Notes: generated by a model from the sequence alone, not told the origin. 64,000 nt of DNA from Octopus sinensis (GCF_006345805.1 NC_043004.1:24676001-24740000), one strand, 5' to 3'; shown: positions 14,301 through 26,340, numbered from the stretch's first letter. Made by a program: numbers and translations.

Positions 14301-15042
14301 TACACAGACTGTGAAGAGATCATGGTATCTGCGTGGCCACAAAGGAAAAGGTATATCGAGTCGAGGTACTTACCTTTCTCCTATATGGCTATTAAGCATG
14401 GGTGTAGTACAGATGCAATATCAAGGACCTAGATTCGCTACTTTCATACAATTTACATCAAGTAGTTGGAAAGAACCAGAGGTTCTAGCAAGATTCGTGT
14501 GACATTCTAGGCACAGAAAGTTTCCATATCAAAGCAAAACTGAGGTGTGTTTGGTCATGTGATACACATGGTATACAACTTACGTGTGTCATTTATTTTT
14601 CAAACCATGCAGATATGCAGCGGGATTGAATAGTCATCTGAGAGGCTATAAGTTAGAAAAGCGATTGACGACGAAGAAGCACGAAGAGGCGGCAAGCACC
14701 TGTGCAGATGGAGCAATCACCACGTATGCATACATGCATGCATTCATGTATGTATGCATGCATGTATGTATGTACAACACAACCAATCATTGTAAAGATT
14801 ATCTTATCAATTGCAAGCTGAGAATTACATTAACAGGTATTCTGAGTTTTAACTTTCATGTCAGGAACAACAGCTAGACAATAGATACATACATACATAC
14901 ATACATACATACATACATACATGCATACATACATACATACATACATGTGCTTGCATACATAATTAATGTAAATAAATACTGACAGCTACATAATTATTTT
15001 AATGCTTATGCATTCATTTTTTTGTTGTAGGTATCATTATGC

Positions 15043-15079
<37 letters not shown>

Positions 15080-15232
15080 TATGTAAATATGTACGTGTGT
15101 ATGTGTGCGTCTTTGTGTGTGTATGTGTGTGTGTGTGTGCGTCTTTATGTGTGTGTATGTGCGTGTGTGTGTGTACAGAAAAAGAGAGAGAGAGAAAGAA
15201 AGAGAAATAGACAGACAGACAGACAGACAGGC

Positions 15233-15298
<66 letters not shown>

Positions 15299-15299
15299 C

Positions 15300-15385
<86 letters not shown>

Positions 15386-15397
15386 GCAGATAGATAG

Positions 15398-15465
<68 letters not shown>

Positions 15466-16447
15466 TATCTTTATATATGTAAATGAATGTGTACATGTGT
15501 ATGTGGTTATGGATGAATGTGTGTATATATGTGTGCAAATGTGTGTATGCGCACGCTTGTCTGTTTTCTTTCTCTTTTTAATTTAGAGTTAAATTCCAAC
15601 GTCTATCTCATTGAGTTCTTATATGGACCAGTTCAGAATGACAAATGTAAGCGTAAGAAGAGGCACTGTAAAAGTGTTGTGGGCAATATGCTTGTTGTAA
15701 GCTGAGAGTTCAGATGACCATATTTTGTTTTTTATTCTCTTAGGGTATTCATTCCTCGTCTTCTCCTTTTTGATCGGTCCGCCGTAGCAGTCATTCTCAC
15801 TCCGCCCAAGGTAGTTGTAACTTTCCCTAGAGATCAGAAGCTGTATTTCTGACTATTTATGTTTAGTGTTATGGATGAGTGCGTAAATTTGCCACATTTT
15901 TACCGCTAAAAAGGCACATTTGGACTTGTCAAAATTCATTCCAATGTCTTTGGGGAATTGGATAATGAGATCCAGTTGCTTCTTGATGTGGTTAATTTGG
16001 CCTATACAGCTTCAGGTGAGATAAGAAAAGGTGAGATATATTATTGGGTCCATTCCTAAAACTGTGTTTTGTAGTTAGTAGGACGGGCGATTCGTAAGAC
16101 TGTAGAAAGTAGTAATAACAAACTATCACCTTCAGGGATGCTTTCTTGGTAGCGTAGCTTGAAATATACCTTATGGATGTATGTATGTACATATGCATGT
16201 ATGCATTGATGAATGAATGAATCAATGAATCAATGAATCAATGAATGTCAGCATGTATGTATAAATGAATGTGAGTACGCATCTATGAATATGTGTGTAT
16301 GCATAGAAATAGGCAGCGACCTGACAGAATAATCGTTAGCACGTCTGGCAAGATGACTAGTGGCATCTCTTCCGTCTCTTTACGTTTTGAGTTCAAATCC
16401 CGCCTGGTCAACTTTGTCTGTCATTTCTTCAGCGGGGATGTTGTGAT

Positions 16448-16714
16448 TGTTGGATGACGTCAGCAGCTGGGGAGCTGACCGGAACTTGGGGCTGATCGGA
16501 AGGGGCAGCGGTGACGCGCGCGTAGTGAGGGCAAGATTCTGCCTTTTTGAGTCGGGTCGCCGAGCGGGTAAGACGTTGTTAAGGTTGGGAGAAGCAGCTG
16601 CTATTTCTAGCGTTCGGGTCGAGCTGTGTTGACGGATCCATTACCGCTGAAGGGTCTCCATCTGAGCGAAGAGAAGGTAGGCGCCTTTATTTCGAATATC
16701 TCGCATACACCACA
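16448..16714. mobile_element. Solo LTR with 5-bp TSD GTGAT
   Basis: A GC/CpG-rich 267-bp island bounded by TGTTGG...CCACA and flanked by GTGAT at 16443-16447 and 16715-16719. Confidence 0.75.
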
Positions 16715-16795
16715 GTGATCTCGGTTACTTATACCATGGAAACCGAACAAGCGGCCTTAGGAATCTTGGGGCTCAAGAAAATTATTTTAAAAACA

Positions 16796-16798
<3 letters not shown>

Positions 16799-16848
<50 letters not shown>

Positions 16849-16962
16849 ATATATATATATATATATTATGTGTGTATATTATATATGTATATATATATAT
16901 GATATATGTATGTATATATATGTATATATATGTATGTATATATGTATATGTGTATGTATATG

Positions 16963-17009
<47 letters not shown>

Positions 17010-17063
17010 ATATATGTGTATATATATATGGATATATATATAATGTATATGTATATATGTATA

Positions 17064-17147
<84 letters not shown>

Positions 17148-17163
17148 ATATAATATATATATA
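16799..17163. repeat. (TA)n/(TATG) compound microsatellite
   Basis: Directly visible array. Confidence 0.97.
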
Positions 17164-17597
17164 GTGAAAGCGCGTGGCTTAGTCGTGTGGGTGTTCGGCT
17201 CACGATCGTAAGGTCGTGAGCTCAGTTCCCAGCAACGCGTTGTGTCCTTGAGCAAGACACTTTATTTCATGTTACTCCGGCCCAATCAGCTGGCAAAAAT
17301 GGGCTGTACCTGTAATTCTAAGGGCCAGCCCTATCTCGCACTGCATCACGCTGAATCTCCATGAGAACTAAGTTTTAAGGTACACGTGTCTGTGGGGTAC
17401 TCCGCCACATGCACGCTAATTTCACGAGCAGACCGGTTCCGTTGATCGGATCAACTGCAACCCTTGTCGCCGTAAACCGACAGAGTGCCTACCATATATT
17501 ATATATATATATATAATATATATATATATATAAGACATAAAAACATGTATACACATTCATACATACGTTTATCTCTCTCTCTCTCTCTCACTCACTG

Positions 17598-17629
<32 letters not shown>

Positions 17630-18207
17630 CTAACGTGAGAGAGAGAGAGAGTTAAACGTATGTATGAATGTGTATACATGTTTATGCCTAATTATGTGTA
17701 TCTTTATTTATATGAAGCAATACAATTCTGGTAAAAGGCCAGCAATTTCAGCGAAGGGGGATAAGTCGATTACATCGATCCCAAGGGTTCAACTGGTATT
17801 TTTTTTTATCGACTCCGAAGGTATTAAACGGCAAGGTCGACCGCGGCAGCATTTGAACTGAGGAAATAAAATCGCGATGAAATGTCGTTAAACAATTTTT
17901 TAAAGCGCAGTAACGGTTCTGTGGTCTCAGTAAAAAGAATGATTACTCTCTCTTGATTAAGTTTCGCGCGTCATTTCGTTATGTATATTCAGGCAATTTA
18001 TAGGTACGTACTGCTGTGCTTTTTTAAAATAGCTTACATAACAAGGGAAATAACTCTAAAATTGCAGAAGTTCCTTTTAAGTTATTTCCCTTATTCAAAT
18101 ATTTAAATATCGAAATGAAATGAAAATTGCCGATTAATGATTTAAAATGTTTATTTCAAACTGTTTTTAAAGATCAAGTTAAAATTCGCAACCAGTAAAT
18201 ATTATAT

Positions 18208-18307
18208 NNNNNNNNNNNNNNNNNNNNNNNNNNNNNNNNNNNNNNNNNNNNNNNNNNNNNNNNNNNNNNNNNNNNNNNNNNNNNNNNNNNNNNNNNNNNN
18301 NNNNNNN
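18208..18307. other. Assembly gap (100 N)
   Basis: Run of N. Confidence 1.
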
Positions 18308-18742
18308 TAAGATTACTTCTGTGGAAATATTTCGCGCGCTCAAACAATACGGGGTATTTAGAACGATAAAATAGAAACAATTGTTACAATGTTTCCTTTT
18401 TTCTAAAGTATGATGTTGTTTATCATTCGATGTTGCCCTGGTTGTCTTCCAGATATGAAGCTGTTGTTCCATATTGAAAAAATATTGGCGAACACCAAAC
18501 CACTCTGAGTAACAGTGAAATAAATATCATTTTATTCCTGCTACCCAATATCATCTATAATTTAAACAAAAATAATGCAACATACTTTCAATATTCTAAA
18601 ACCTTTCATTGTTGACAGAAAACTCAAATTACTGGTGTTGATCAGTGTTAAATTAGTTTCATATAATAAATGCTATCATCTCTTCATATAATAAATGCTA
18701 TCATCTCTCATGTATATCATATCTGATTATACATTAAGGTAT

Positions 18743-18844
18743 GGCAGAGGTAAAGAATTTGCACATTACCCGTTTTCGGTGTAACCGTAACCCTCTAAAC
18801 CTAAACGCCGAAAACGGGTGGTGCGCGTATTCTTTACCTTCGCC
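18743..18844. repeat. ~100-bp hairpin/MITE (GGC...GCC) with a telomere-like loop
   Basis: ~40-bp imperfect arms GGCAGAGGTAAAGAAT...CCCGTTTTCGGTGT / ACGCCGAAAACGGGT...ATTCTTTACCTTCGCC. The loop contains TAACCC-like motifs. Confidence 0.75.
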
Positions 18845-19380
18845 CGGCTAAAAGTCAGACAATAATATACATTTAATGCTTAATTTTGCAAAATAAATTC
18901 GTTCAAAATTATTTACCTCTTTGTTGCTATGTTTCAATGATAGATTTATATCTATAAATACCATTCTCTCATTAAACAGAGATACAGCTAGTTGATATAT
19001 ATATATATAAGCACACACAAAGAGTTTGTAGATTACAGTGAGTTTAGAAGCAATGAGGAATGGGAAATTAAAGTTTCAGGAAAATAATTCGAGACTAAAT
19101 CTTGAGACGATCGGCGGAAGTGAAGAAGAAAACAGGAAGTAAAAAAAGCGGAAGCGAAAGAGAGAGAGAAACAGAAAGTAAGACTACTAAATTTTTCTCC
19201 GTAAGACGGATTGAAAAGTCGAATATAATTGACATCGTTGGTGGAATTCTGGATTAAGCACCCCGTATAGGTACTACTTGAAAACAGTGGCCCCGGTGCG
19301 CGCATCCGCGCATCCACGCCAGCTAGTCGATCCTTACTTTGTGATTTTGTGTTATTTACTTTGTTTTTACAAAAATTATT

Positions 19381-19486
19381 GGCAATCTTTCGTTTGTAGT
19401 AGCACGTTTCCGTCGATCGCCAAATTGATAAAAGTTTTTTACGGAAATCATCGACGGAAACGTGCTACTACAAACGAAAGATCGCC
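19381..19486. repeat. Perfect 33-bp inverted repeat with 32-bp spacer (MITE-like)
   Basis: ATCTTTCGTTTGTAGTAGCACGTTTCCGTCGAT (19385-19417) is the exact reverse complement of 19450-19482. The duplicate is at 38214-38319. Confidence 0.92.
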
Positions 19487-19493
19487 TTGTGTC

Positions 19494-19650
19494 GTAACTT
19501 CGGTATAGGTACCGGATACATTTCAAGAAAGTGTTTTTTTTTTTTTATATATATATATGGGAGGTTAGGGTTAGGGCTAACCCTAACCCTAGAGAAAAGG
19601 GTTTCTGTTATCTTCGGAAATGTAAAGAAAGCCACTTCCGGTACGAAACA
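19494..19650. mobile_element. Small element with internal TTAGGG/CCCTAA repeats
   Basis: Homologous to 58406-58567, which has TIRs CGTAACTTCGGTATAAGT / GTACCTATACCGAAGGTTCCG. This copy carries GGTTAGGGTTAGGGCTAACCCTAACCC. Confidence 0.65.
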
Positions 19651-19924
19651 TCCGGTGATAATGTTGTCATCACACAGAAATATTTTTCTAAAAGTTTTTT
19701 GCAACAAGTGAACAACAACTGGTCAGAAGACGACCGACATTCATAATTTAAATATAAAACCTTTCTTTCATGCGTTCAAATACATCCGAATCAATACTTG
19801 AAACCAGAAAAAAAGTTTTAATGATTTCTATAATCTAAGTTTTCATTAATTCAAGAGGTAAGAGAACGAAAATCAACTTTCTAACTTCCTGCTTTTTCGC
19901 TGTTTTATTACATGCACATATACA

Positions 19925-20515
19925 ATGCGGTCACCAAGAAATATAATACAAAATAATTTATGTTTTCTCAGACAAAACATATCCGAACCTGATGTAAAAT
20001 TAATTAATGACAAGTTTCCTCAATTAAAAGAAACAGACGTTAATTTTCCAAATATTATGCGTTTTTTTATGGAGAAAAATGACGCGGATAGTTTTGATAA
20101 GCTTTTAGGATTTTTAGAAAAGGAATGCCTCAAAAAACATGTGGTACTGGCTTTGAAAAAAGATAGAAACGAATCAGAAGACACAGAGGCAGAGGACCAC
20201 ACTCAGATACAAACAAATATAAAGGAGCTGGATGTGAATTTACTCGGACGTATTCTACTGCGAGTTCTTGACGGATGGTTGCCAGTCGCTAAAGAGCTAG
20301 GAGTTACTGATCAACAAATTAAAAACTCCCGACGTGATTATTCCGATGATGAGTTGTGCAAGATAAACGTTTTTAACTGGTGGAGAAAAACAAACGGATT
20401 CCGTGAAAATGGGGTTGATTTTTTGCTGAATGTCCTTACAGAATACCCTGAATGTATTGTTGACTGCAGAAGTATGAGAGAGTTAATTAATTCAGTAAAC
20501 AGAAACGGAAACTAA
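19925..20515 (+). CDS. Death-fold adaptor-like protein: CARD-like N-terminus + C-terminal death domain (RAIDD/CRADD-like architecture), copy 1
   Basis: 196-aa non-repetitive ORF. Residues ~100-188 match the death-domain pattern (GWLPVAKELGVTDQQI...FNWWRK..G...VDFLLNVL). Residues 1-80 are helical and CARD-like (IIQNNLCFLRQNI...SFDKLLGFLEKE..KHVVLAL), followed by an acidic linker. It may be spliced at 20494/20495. Confidence 0.75.
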   Translation: MRSPRNIIQNNLCFLRQNISEPDVKLINDKFPQLKETDVNFPNIMRFFMEKNDADSFDKLLGFLEKECLKKHVVLALKKDRNESEDTEAEDHTQIQTNIKELDVNLLGRILLRVLDGWLPVAKELGVTDQQIKNSRRDYSDDELCKINVFNWWRKTNGFRENGVDFLLNVLTEYPECIVDCRSMRELINSVNRNGN

Positions 20516-20567
20516 ATAATAATGAACTGATTTTTTTTTTTTCTTTTTTGCGGTAAATCAACTCAAG

Positions 20568-20659
20568 ATAATGGACAGTCAACATCCATTGAAAAGGTTA
20601 CAAAAGCAATTAAAATTTTGGAAAAGAGAAAATATAGATAATAAATGGAAATTGACCAG
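20568..20659 (+). CDS. Candidate exon 2 of the death-fold gene
   Basis: Intron 20495-20567 has a GTAAAC donor, CTGAT branch-like site, poly-T tract and first AG at 20566-67. The exon is open in frame (IMDSQHPLKRLQKQLKFWKRENIDNKWKLT) and ends at donor CAG|GTCAGT. The duplicate is at 39416-39507. Confidence 0.45.
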
Positions 20660-22149
20660 GTCAGTGTGTTACATATATATTAGGCCTGAAATTTTGTTGA
20701 AGGCAATTAGTTGATTGAATGGACCTAACGATGATGATGATGATGATGACGCAAAGAAGCAGAAGAAATAATAGACACAAGGACAGCAACTTTAAGAAGT
20801 GCGAGTTAAACTTTCAACGTAAAGAACCGGAATGATCTGTCACAACTTGGGCTATTAAAAGGAACTCCATCTTAACTAATTCATGTCTATATATAACTAG
20901 CAGAAATACCCAGCGTTGCCCATTTTAAAGAACCTAAGGAAATTCAAGAATGCCTTTTAGATCTCTAAATAACATGAATCATGGACCATGCAGGCCTCAC
21001 CTCCTAGTAGCTGAGATACCAACTTTATATGTTAACTAGCAACTAAGCCCGATTTCACCCAGTCGATTTGGATGATGTGGTTGTAAAACCTGCTCTGTGT
21101 AAGCATTCGACTTGATTGGGTATGCTTATGTTAAAAAACAATTTTAGAATGACTTTTTTTCTGTCAAAACGCTGAAAATAACTGACCAACAAAAAAACAA
21201 CCAAGATTCAACCAAATCAAAAAATAAACCCAATTGCTAAGCAAACAAAGATTACCCATCCCACTTCCATTGTGCACACACACATTCACATACCCCCTTT
21301 TACATACACACACATATATTCACACAGTTGAAATGCTGTTTGATTTATTTTTTCAGCGTACAATTTTCATCATCCCACTACCAAGTATCACATCACCCCT
21401 TCCTTTCTCATTCAGAAACACAAGAGTATTATTATAGTAGATTATCTCGGTAACCATGGGAGCTATGAAAAAATACAAAGCCCAGCAACACCTCTGGATC
21501 ATTCTACACATCTGTGCAATTTTTCGTGCAATTCCACCCAGCCATTTGACCGTGAATCCCAAAATAAGAAAGTATTGCCCATGTCAAATTTATATATGTT
21601 TCCCATGTTATTGAAAATAATGAAATTCCTTTTAAATCTCTAAGTAAAATGAAACGTGGATTATGCAGTTCTCAACAGTAATTAGCTGAGGTACAAACTA
21701 TTAATGTCAATAACATTTTTTCTGGTGTTCTCACTGTTAAATTGTTAAAAACAAAAACAGATAGTTCTTTGTCTTTGCAGTTACCTTTATTTGTCAGTAA
21801 GTATTTGGAACACGTTGAACCTGAAAATGCATAAATTTGAGAAGAACCAGCCCTGCGGGCGCACCCCTCTAGTTAATAAAAATATTTAACAAAAATTCTA
21901 TCAGATGATGTCAGTATAAACACATGTATTGAAACAAATCCGGCAATCAATCACAGTTTTATTATCTAGAACTTTTAAATATACAATGTTTTGAGTGTGT
22001 CCTATGTAGAAATGAAAAGATTTTTGGGACTTTTAACATCCTACATATAATTGCCCATGAGAAAAGCAAAGTGAAGTCCAACAACCTTGAGAGACTGTAC
22101 TTGAGACTTGTTTATTAGATTTCTGCACCCCCCCATCATCCGAATTTGG

Positions 22150-22890
22150 ATCATAACTTTTAGAGAAATGGATATTTCTTAACGAAATTGTCTACAAATA
22201 TATACCTCGGATTATGTAGATTCCGAGCATATAGGATTTGGTGGTGGGGAACAATTGGGGCTTATTTTTGAAAACTATTCCCCACGCAGGAGTGTTTTGG
22301 AACAAGTCCATATTTGTTCCATTTTCTTTGTTGTGTGTTTGTGCATCAGTATATAACACTTAACTGTAGCTGTAAAATTTTGGGGGGGAATTGAAAATTG
22401 GCATGGGGAGCCCATTCATAGAAAATTTAATTAAAAAAATATCCGTTTTTCTGAAAGTTATGATCATCCAAAGTTGGTGGAACAGAAATCTGTAGTTATG
22501 CCGCTGGAGAAGAATATAAAAAATGAAAGTACTTTTAGAAATTCCTTTTTATCTGAAATAGTTACAACTGGATATTAAGTGTTAATAAGGTGAATTTTTC
22601 CAAAAATGTCCAAAATGCGTATTGGAAAATCAAGAAAAAGGTGTCTATATCCGTATGAAATTACCTTTTAAAATTCTTTAGACACACACATATTTCATTG
22701 CCTGCACAAAACAGAGAAAATGAAATAAATATGGATGACTTGTTCCAAAACATTCCCGAGTGCAGAACAGTTCTCAAAAATAACCCCCAATTGTTTTCTC
22801 CAAAAATCCCTATTTGCTCGGAATGTACATAGTTCGAGGTGTATTTGTAGACAATTTCATTAACAAATATCCATTTTCCTGAAAGTTAAG
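22150..22890. mobile_element. Foldback/non-autonomous DNA transposon with ~190-bp imperfect inverted arms
   Basis: 22155-22338 (TAACTTTTAGAGAAATGGATATTT...TTGGAACAAGTC) is reverse-complementary to 22705-22888. The duplicate is at ~40985-41718. Confidence 0.7.
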
Positions 22891-24498
22891 ACGAATATAC
22901 ATAATACAGAAATTGAGTTTTTTTTAATAGAAATTCTTAGTCTTTATGACTTACTCATTATTATTATAAGTCATGGTAGGAAAGGAATTTTCCACCATGT
23001 GTAATATTTTTTTAAAAAAGTTTTATGGGTGGGTACACAAGGAAGTCTTCCTTTCCCCACCAATTTTTAAATTTGGAATCTTTTTTTTTTAAGCAATAAA
23101 ACAAAAGTAACATATATGACAGGTGTGTAAAACATATTTCTGTGTACTTTCTCTCTTCATCTGGTTAAGCTATAGAAATCGTTGCGCACATACAAACATT
23201 CTCCAGGCAGCTGTTATTTTTAGCATATTGAGTTTCGTGGTGAGGGCTTCACATGCTGTGATCCTTTTGTTGTTTCACTATAAATTTACACATGCACAAA
23301 CGAACAAAACAGCTGTTCTTTATCACTTTTAGACAGGGGAGTGTGAAACAATTTTGTTGTTCTACATAGAAAATTTGAAATTGAAAATTTTTTATTTCCA
23401 TATTCTTAATCTCCATATTTTTCAACGTGGATTAAAAAAGAAAATTTTTGAAACAAATTAAAAATTAGTGTGGGAGGCAGAAATTCAAAATTTTGAAAAC
23501 ACGGTTTCTTGCATATTCAGAATCTCCATCATTGAAAACAGGAATCCGCTGGAAAAAAAAATCAGAAAGTTCGGTATCAGGGGTGGAGTGACTGTGCGCC
23601 AAGGTTCGCTGGAGAGGTGGGAGGTGAAATTTGAAAAATTTTAAACTTTGAAAAGGTGGTTTAAAAAAAAAATTGGTGGGGTAGTCAAATTTGAAAAGCT
23701 GGGTTTTTGTTTTGACATATTCGTAGTCTCTGACATCTAAAATGTTGGTATCAGAAAAAACTATTCTTCAAGGAAAGGTGCGATTCTACATTAGCCCTAC
23801 TTTCAGAAGTGCGGATTAAACTCGGAACGTAAAGAACTGGAATAATCTGTCGCTATTTAGTCTATTAAAGGGACATAACTCCATTTTAACTAATTCACGT
23901 CTATTTTTTCTTTATGTGTATGTGGAGGTAATTGGATTCATTTTTAATACATTTTAATGTTTCCCTCTCTCTCTTTCACACACACATACACTCTTTTATA
24001 GATATTCCTGTAGTAGAGTCGGAAATGTCGCACTTTTTTGGGACATGTATATTTTGTATGTTTCAATCGCCTTTGATTAGGATTCTAGGCATTCTTTCAA
24101 TATACTCCTCAGAGTTTATGACAACTCTGATAGGTATACTGAAAGAATGCTGGATTATATATATATAGATACATATCGTTTGTAGAACAGATCCAGAGAA
24201 GAAGCACACTCTAAGAAATAGAGTAGTCTATATTTTTTTCTGTGGTGAAGGCCAGTTTATGGGGATTTCCCGTCCATAAAGGATTTAAGTTTATGGTGTA
24301 TTGTCAGGCCCTTAGACTTCTTTAAAATAGACAAGTATCAAATACCATAGTATATATATTCTTTATTTGTTAAAATTATCTTCAATTGTAGAAGTATCTT
24401 AATTACTAAATAGTAGTCGATTAGCATATTCAGGGCCACAATACTGTAGACAAGGCCATTTTGAGCAAAGAAACATGCCTGGAAGAGTGGAGATAGCA

Positions 24499-25870
24499 GG
24501 ATGATGGTTCACTTGCATTAACCCTTTCATTACTGTATTTATTTTGAGATGCTCTGTGTTTCTTTCAATTACTATAAGCATAACAAAGAATTTAGTAAAA
24601 TATGTTAGTTATCATTTAGCAAGTGTTAGGAACATAAATTGTGACTATGGTTTGGTGGAAGATTTTAATTCAAAACTTATGAAAACAAAACATTTGTACT
24701 ACAGAGCCAGAGTCGGTTTCAGCCGGGTTGGTAATGAAATGGTTAAACAAGGCTACAAAGAGAAAGGCTTGGAGACACCACTATGAAAGGTTGCTAAATG
24801 AATGGGAGAAAGAGAGTCTACCAAATGTCGACCCAACAGTGGGACCAGCTATCTGAATTGACAGTACCTTGATAGATAAAGCAATTAAGGGTATGAAGAC
24901 AGGGAAAGCCTTTGTAGTAGTTGACTATGGTGTTGCCACACAAGTCATTGGGTATGACTCCTTCATGTATCACCTGGTTGACAATACTGGTGACTAGGCT
25001 ATAGCTGACACTGCCAGATATTTTGAGCATCTCTATGGTGATTCCTGATGGGCCGGGGGCTTTCCCTGTCTTCATACCCTTAATTGCTTTATCTACCAAG
25101 GTACTGTCAATTCAGATAGCTGGTCCCTCTGTTGGGTCAACATTTGGCAGACTCTCTTTCTCCCATTCATTCTCTTCATTTAGCAACCTTTCATAGTGGT
25201 GTCTCTAAGCCTTGTTTAATGCAAGTGAACCATCATCCATGTGGCCACATTTCTCTCCTATGACATCGCAATCCTCCCTCATGCACTGTCTTGCAACACA
25301 AAATACCTCAAGTCTTTGGTCCTCACGATGCAGAACATTGCTTTCCTTCTGGCTACATAAACCTGTCTCCTAGCTTCCTTTCTGGCAGTCAGATACAATT
25401 CCCTCCTCACTGCGGGAACCAAAACCGTAGCCTCCATGTATGCCCCCTGTATGTTGCTCAACATGCCCATTGAAGTTACTAACCACAAAGAGAGGGTCCT
25501 GTCATTCATCGACGAGGGTGTCATAAAATCAGTCTTTCTGTCCACTAGGTAGCCCCAGCTGAGAGAGTGGTTGCTAACCCAAGATGCAACACAAATCTAA
25601 TCTTAAGTATTCTATTGCAGACTCTTATCAACCAATTTCTCCACAAGAAGTATACCCACACACCTGACCCCTTCTGTGCTCCCTGCCCAGAAAATCTTAT
25701 GCATATGTTCTTTGCCTGTGAGGAACCTAGCAGAACCTCCTCTCCACCTTACTTCTTGGATGCAGCACAAATCTACACGTCTCTGTTCAAGCATGTCAAC
25801 AATCTCACCAGACCTACTTTTCAGTGTACCAACATTGAATGTGCCAACCCTGAGGGTGTGGGAGGTGTGG
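24499..25870 (-). mobile_element. Rearranged RTE-type LINE fragments (APE endonuclease and linker) with an inverted duplicate segment
   Basis: Translations TLRVGTFNVGTL...VDLCCIQEVRW (APE) and KGMKTGKAPGPSGI (pre-RT). Segment 24747-24910(+) is an inverted copy of ~25060-25215. The duplicate is at ~43326-44690. Confidence 0.8.
24522..24742. mobile_element. piggyBac-type MITE with TTAA TSD
   Basis: TTAA|CCCTTTCATTAC...GTAATGAAATGG|TTAA. The inverted LINE copy at ~25215 shows the empty single-TTAA site. The duplicate is at 43349-43569. Confidence 0.85.
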
Positions 25871-26340
25871 TCCAATGAGATCAACTGGAACCCTCGTCGT
25901 CGTAACCAACGGAGTGCCATGAATATATATGAACTAGAGCATCTGTCATATGACAGGTAACTTTGGAAGCACCCTTTTGACACCATGGGTAACAGAAAAT
26001 TATTATAATTTAACTTCTATTAAATATTTTGGTGATTATTACAAAATGAATACTAATTTTTAAAAGAATTATACCTTATATTAAAATTTTATAACCAACC
26101 AACCAACCAAATAATTGATTGCTTACTCAGTCAGTTGGTGAAATAGTCAGTCTGTTAATCTTCAAGCAATTCATCAAATCATTTTTTATCAGCTACCTTA
26201 TTGACTTGATATAACTTGCAAGTTAAGAAAAGAGAAATAAAATAAAATGTGAAGATCAATCGAATATTGGTTCTAAATTTTGGTACAAAGCCAGCAGCTT
26301 TGGGAGAGGGAATAAGTTGATTACATAAAGCCTAGTGCTC

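Larger units (their letters stand above)
19080..19740. promoter_or_regulatory. CpG-rich promoter with ETS-type and NRF1-like motifs, possibly bidirectional
   Basis: GGCGGAAGTG, CAGGAAGT, CACTTCCGGT and GTGCGCGCAT lie in a CpG-rich island directly upstream of the 19925 ATG. The duplicate is at ~37915-38575. Confidence 0.55.

Noticed and set aside
19562-19590. Possible telomere fusion site
   Set aside because: Only two repeats on each side, inside a dispersed small element with a homolog at 58406.
19858-19971. Possible intron (GAG|GTAAGA, CTAAC branch) overlapping the adaptor ATG
   Set aside because: There is no AG before the ATG and no open upstream coding exon. Splicing to the later AGs would cut the CARD-like first helix. 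Unresolved without RNA data.
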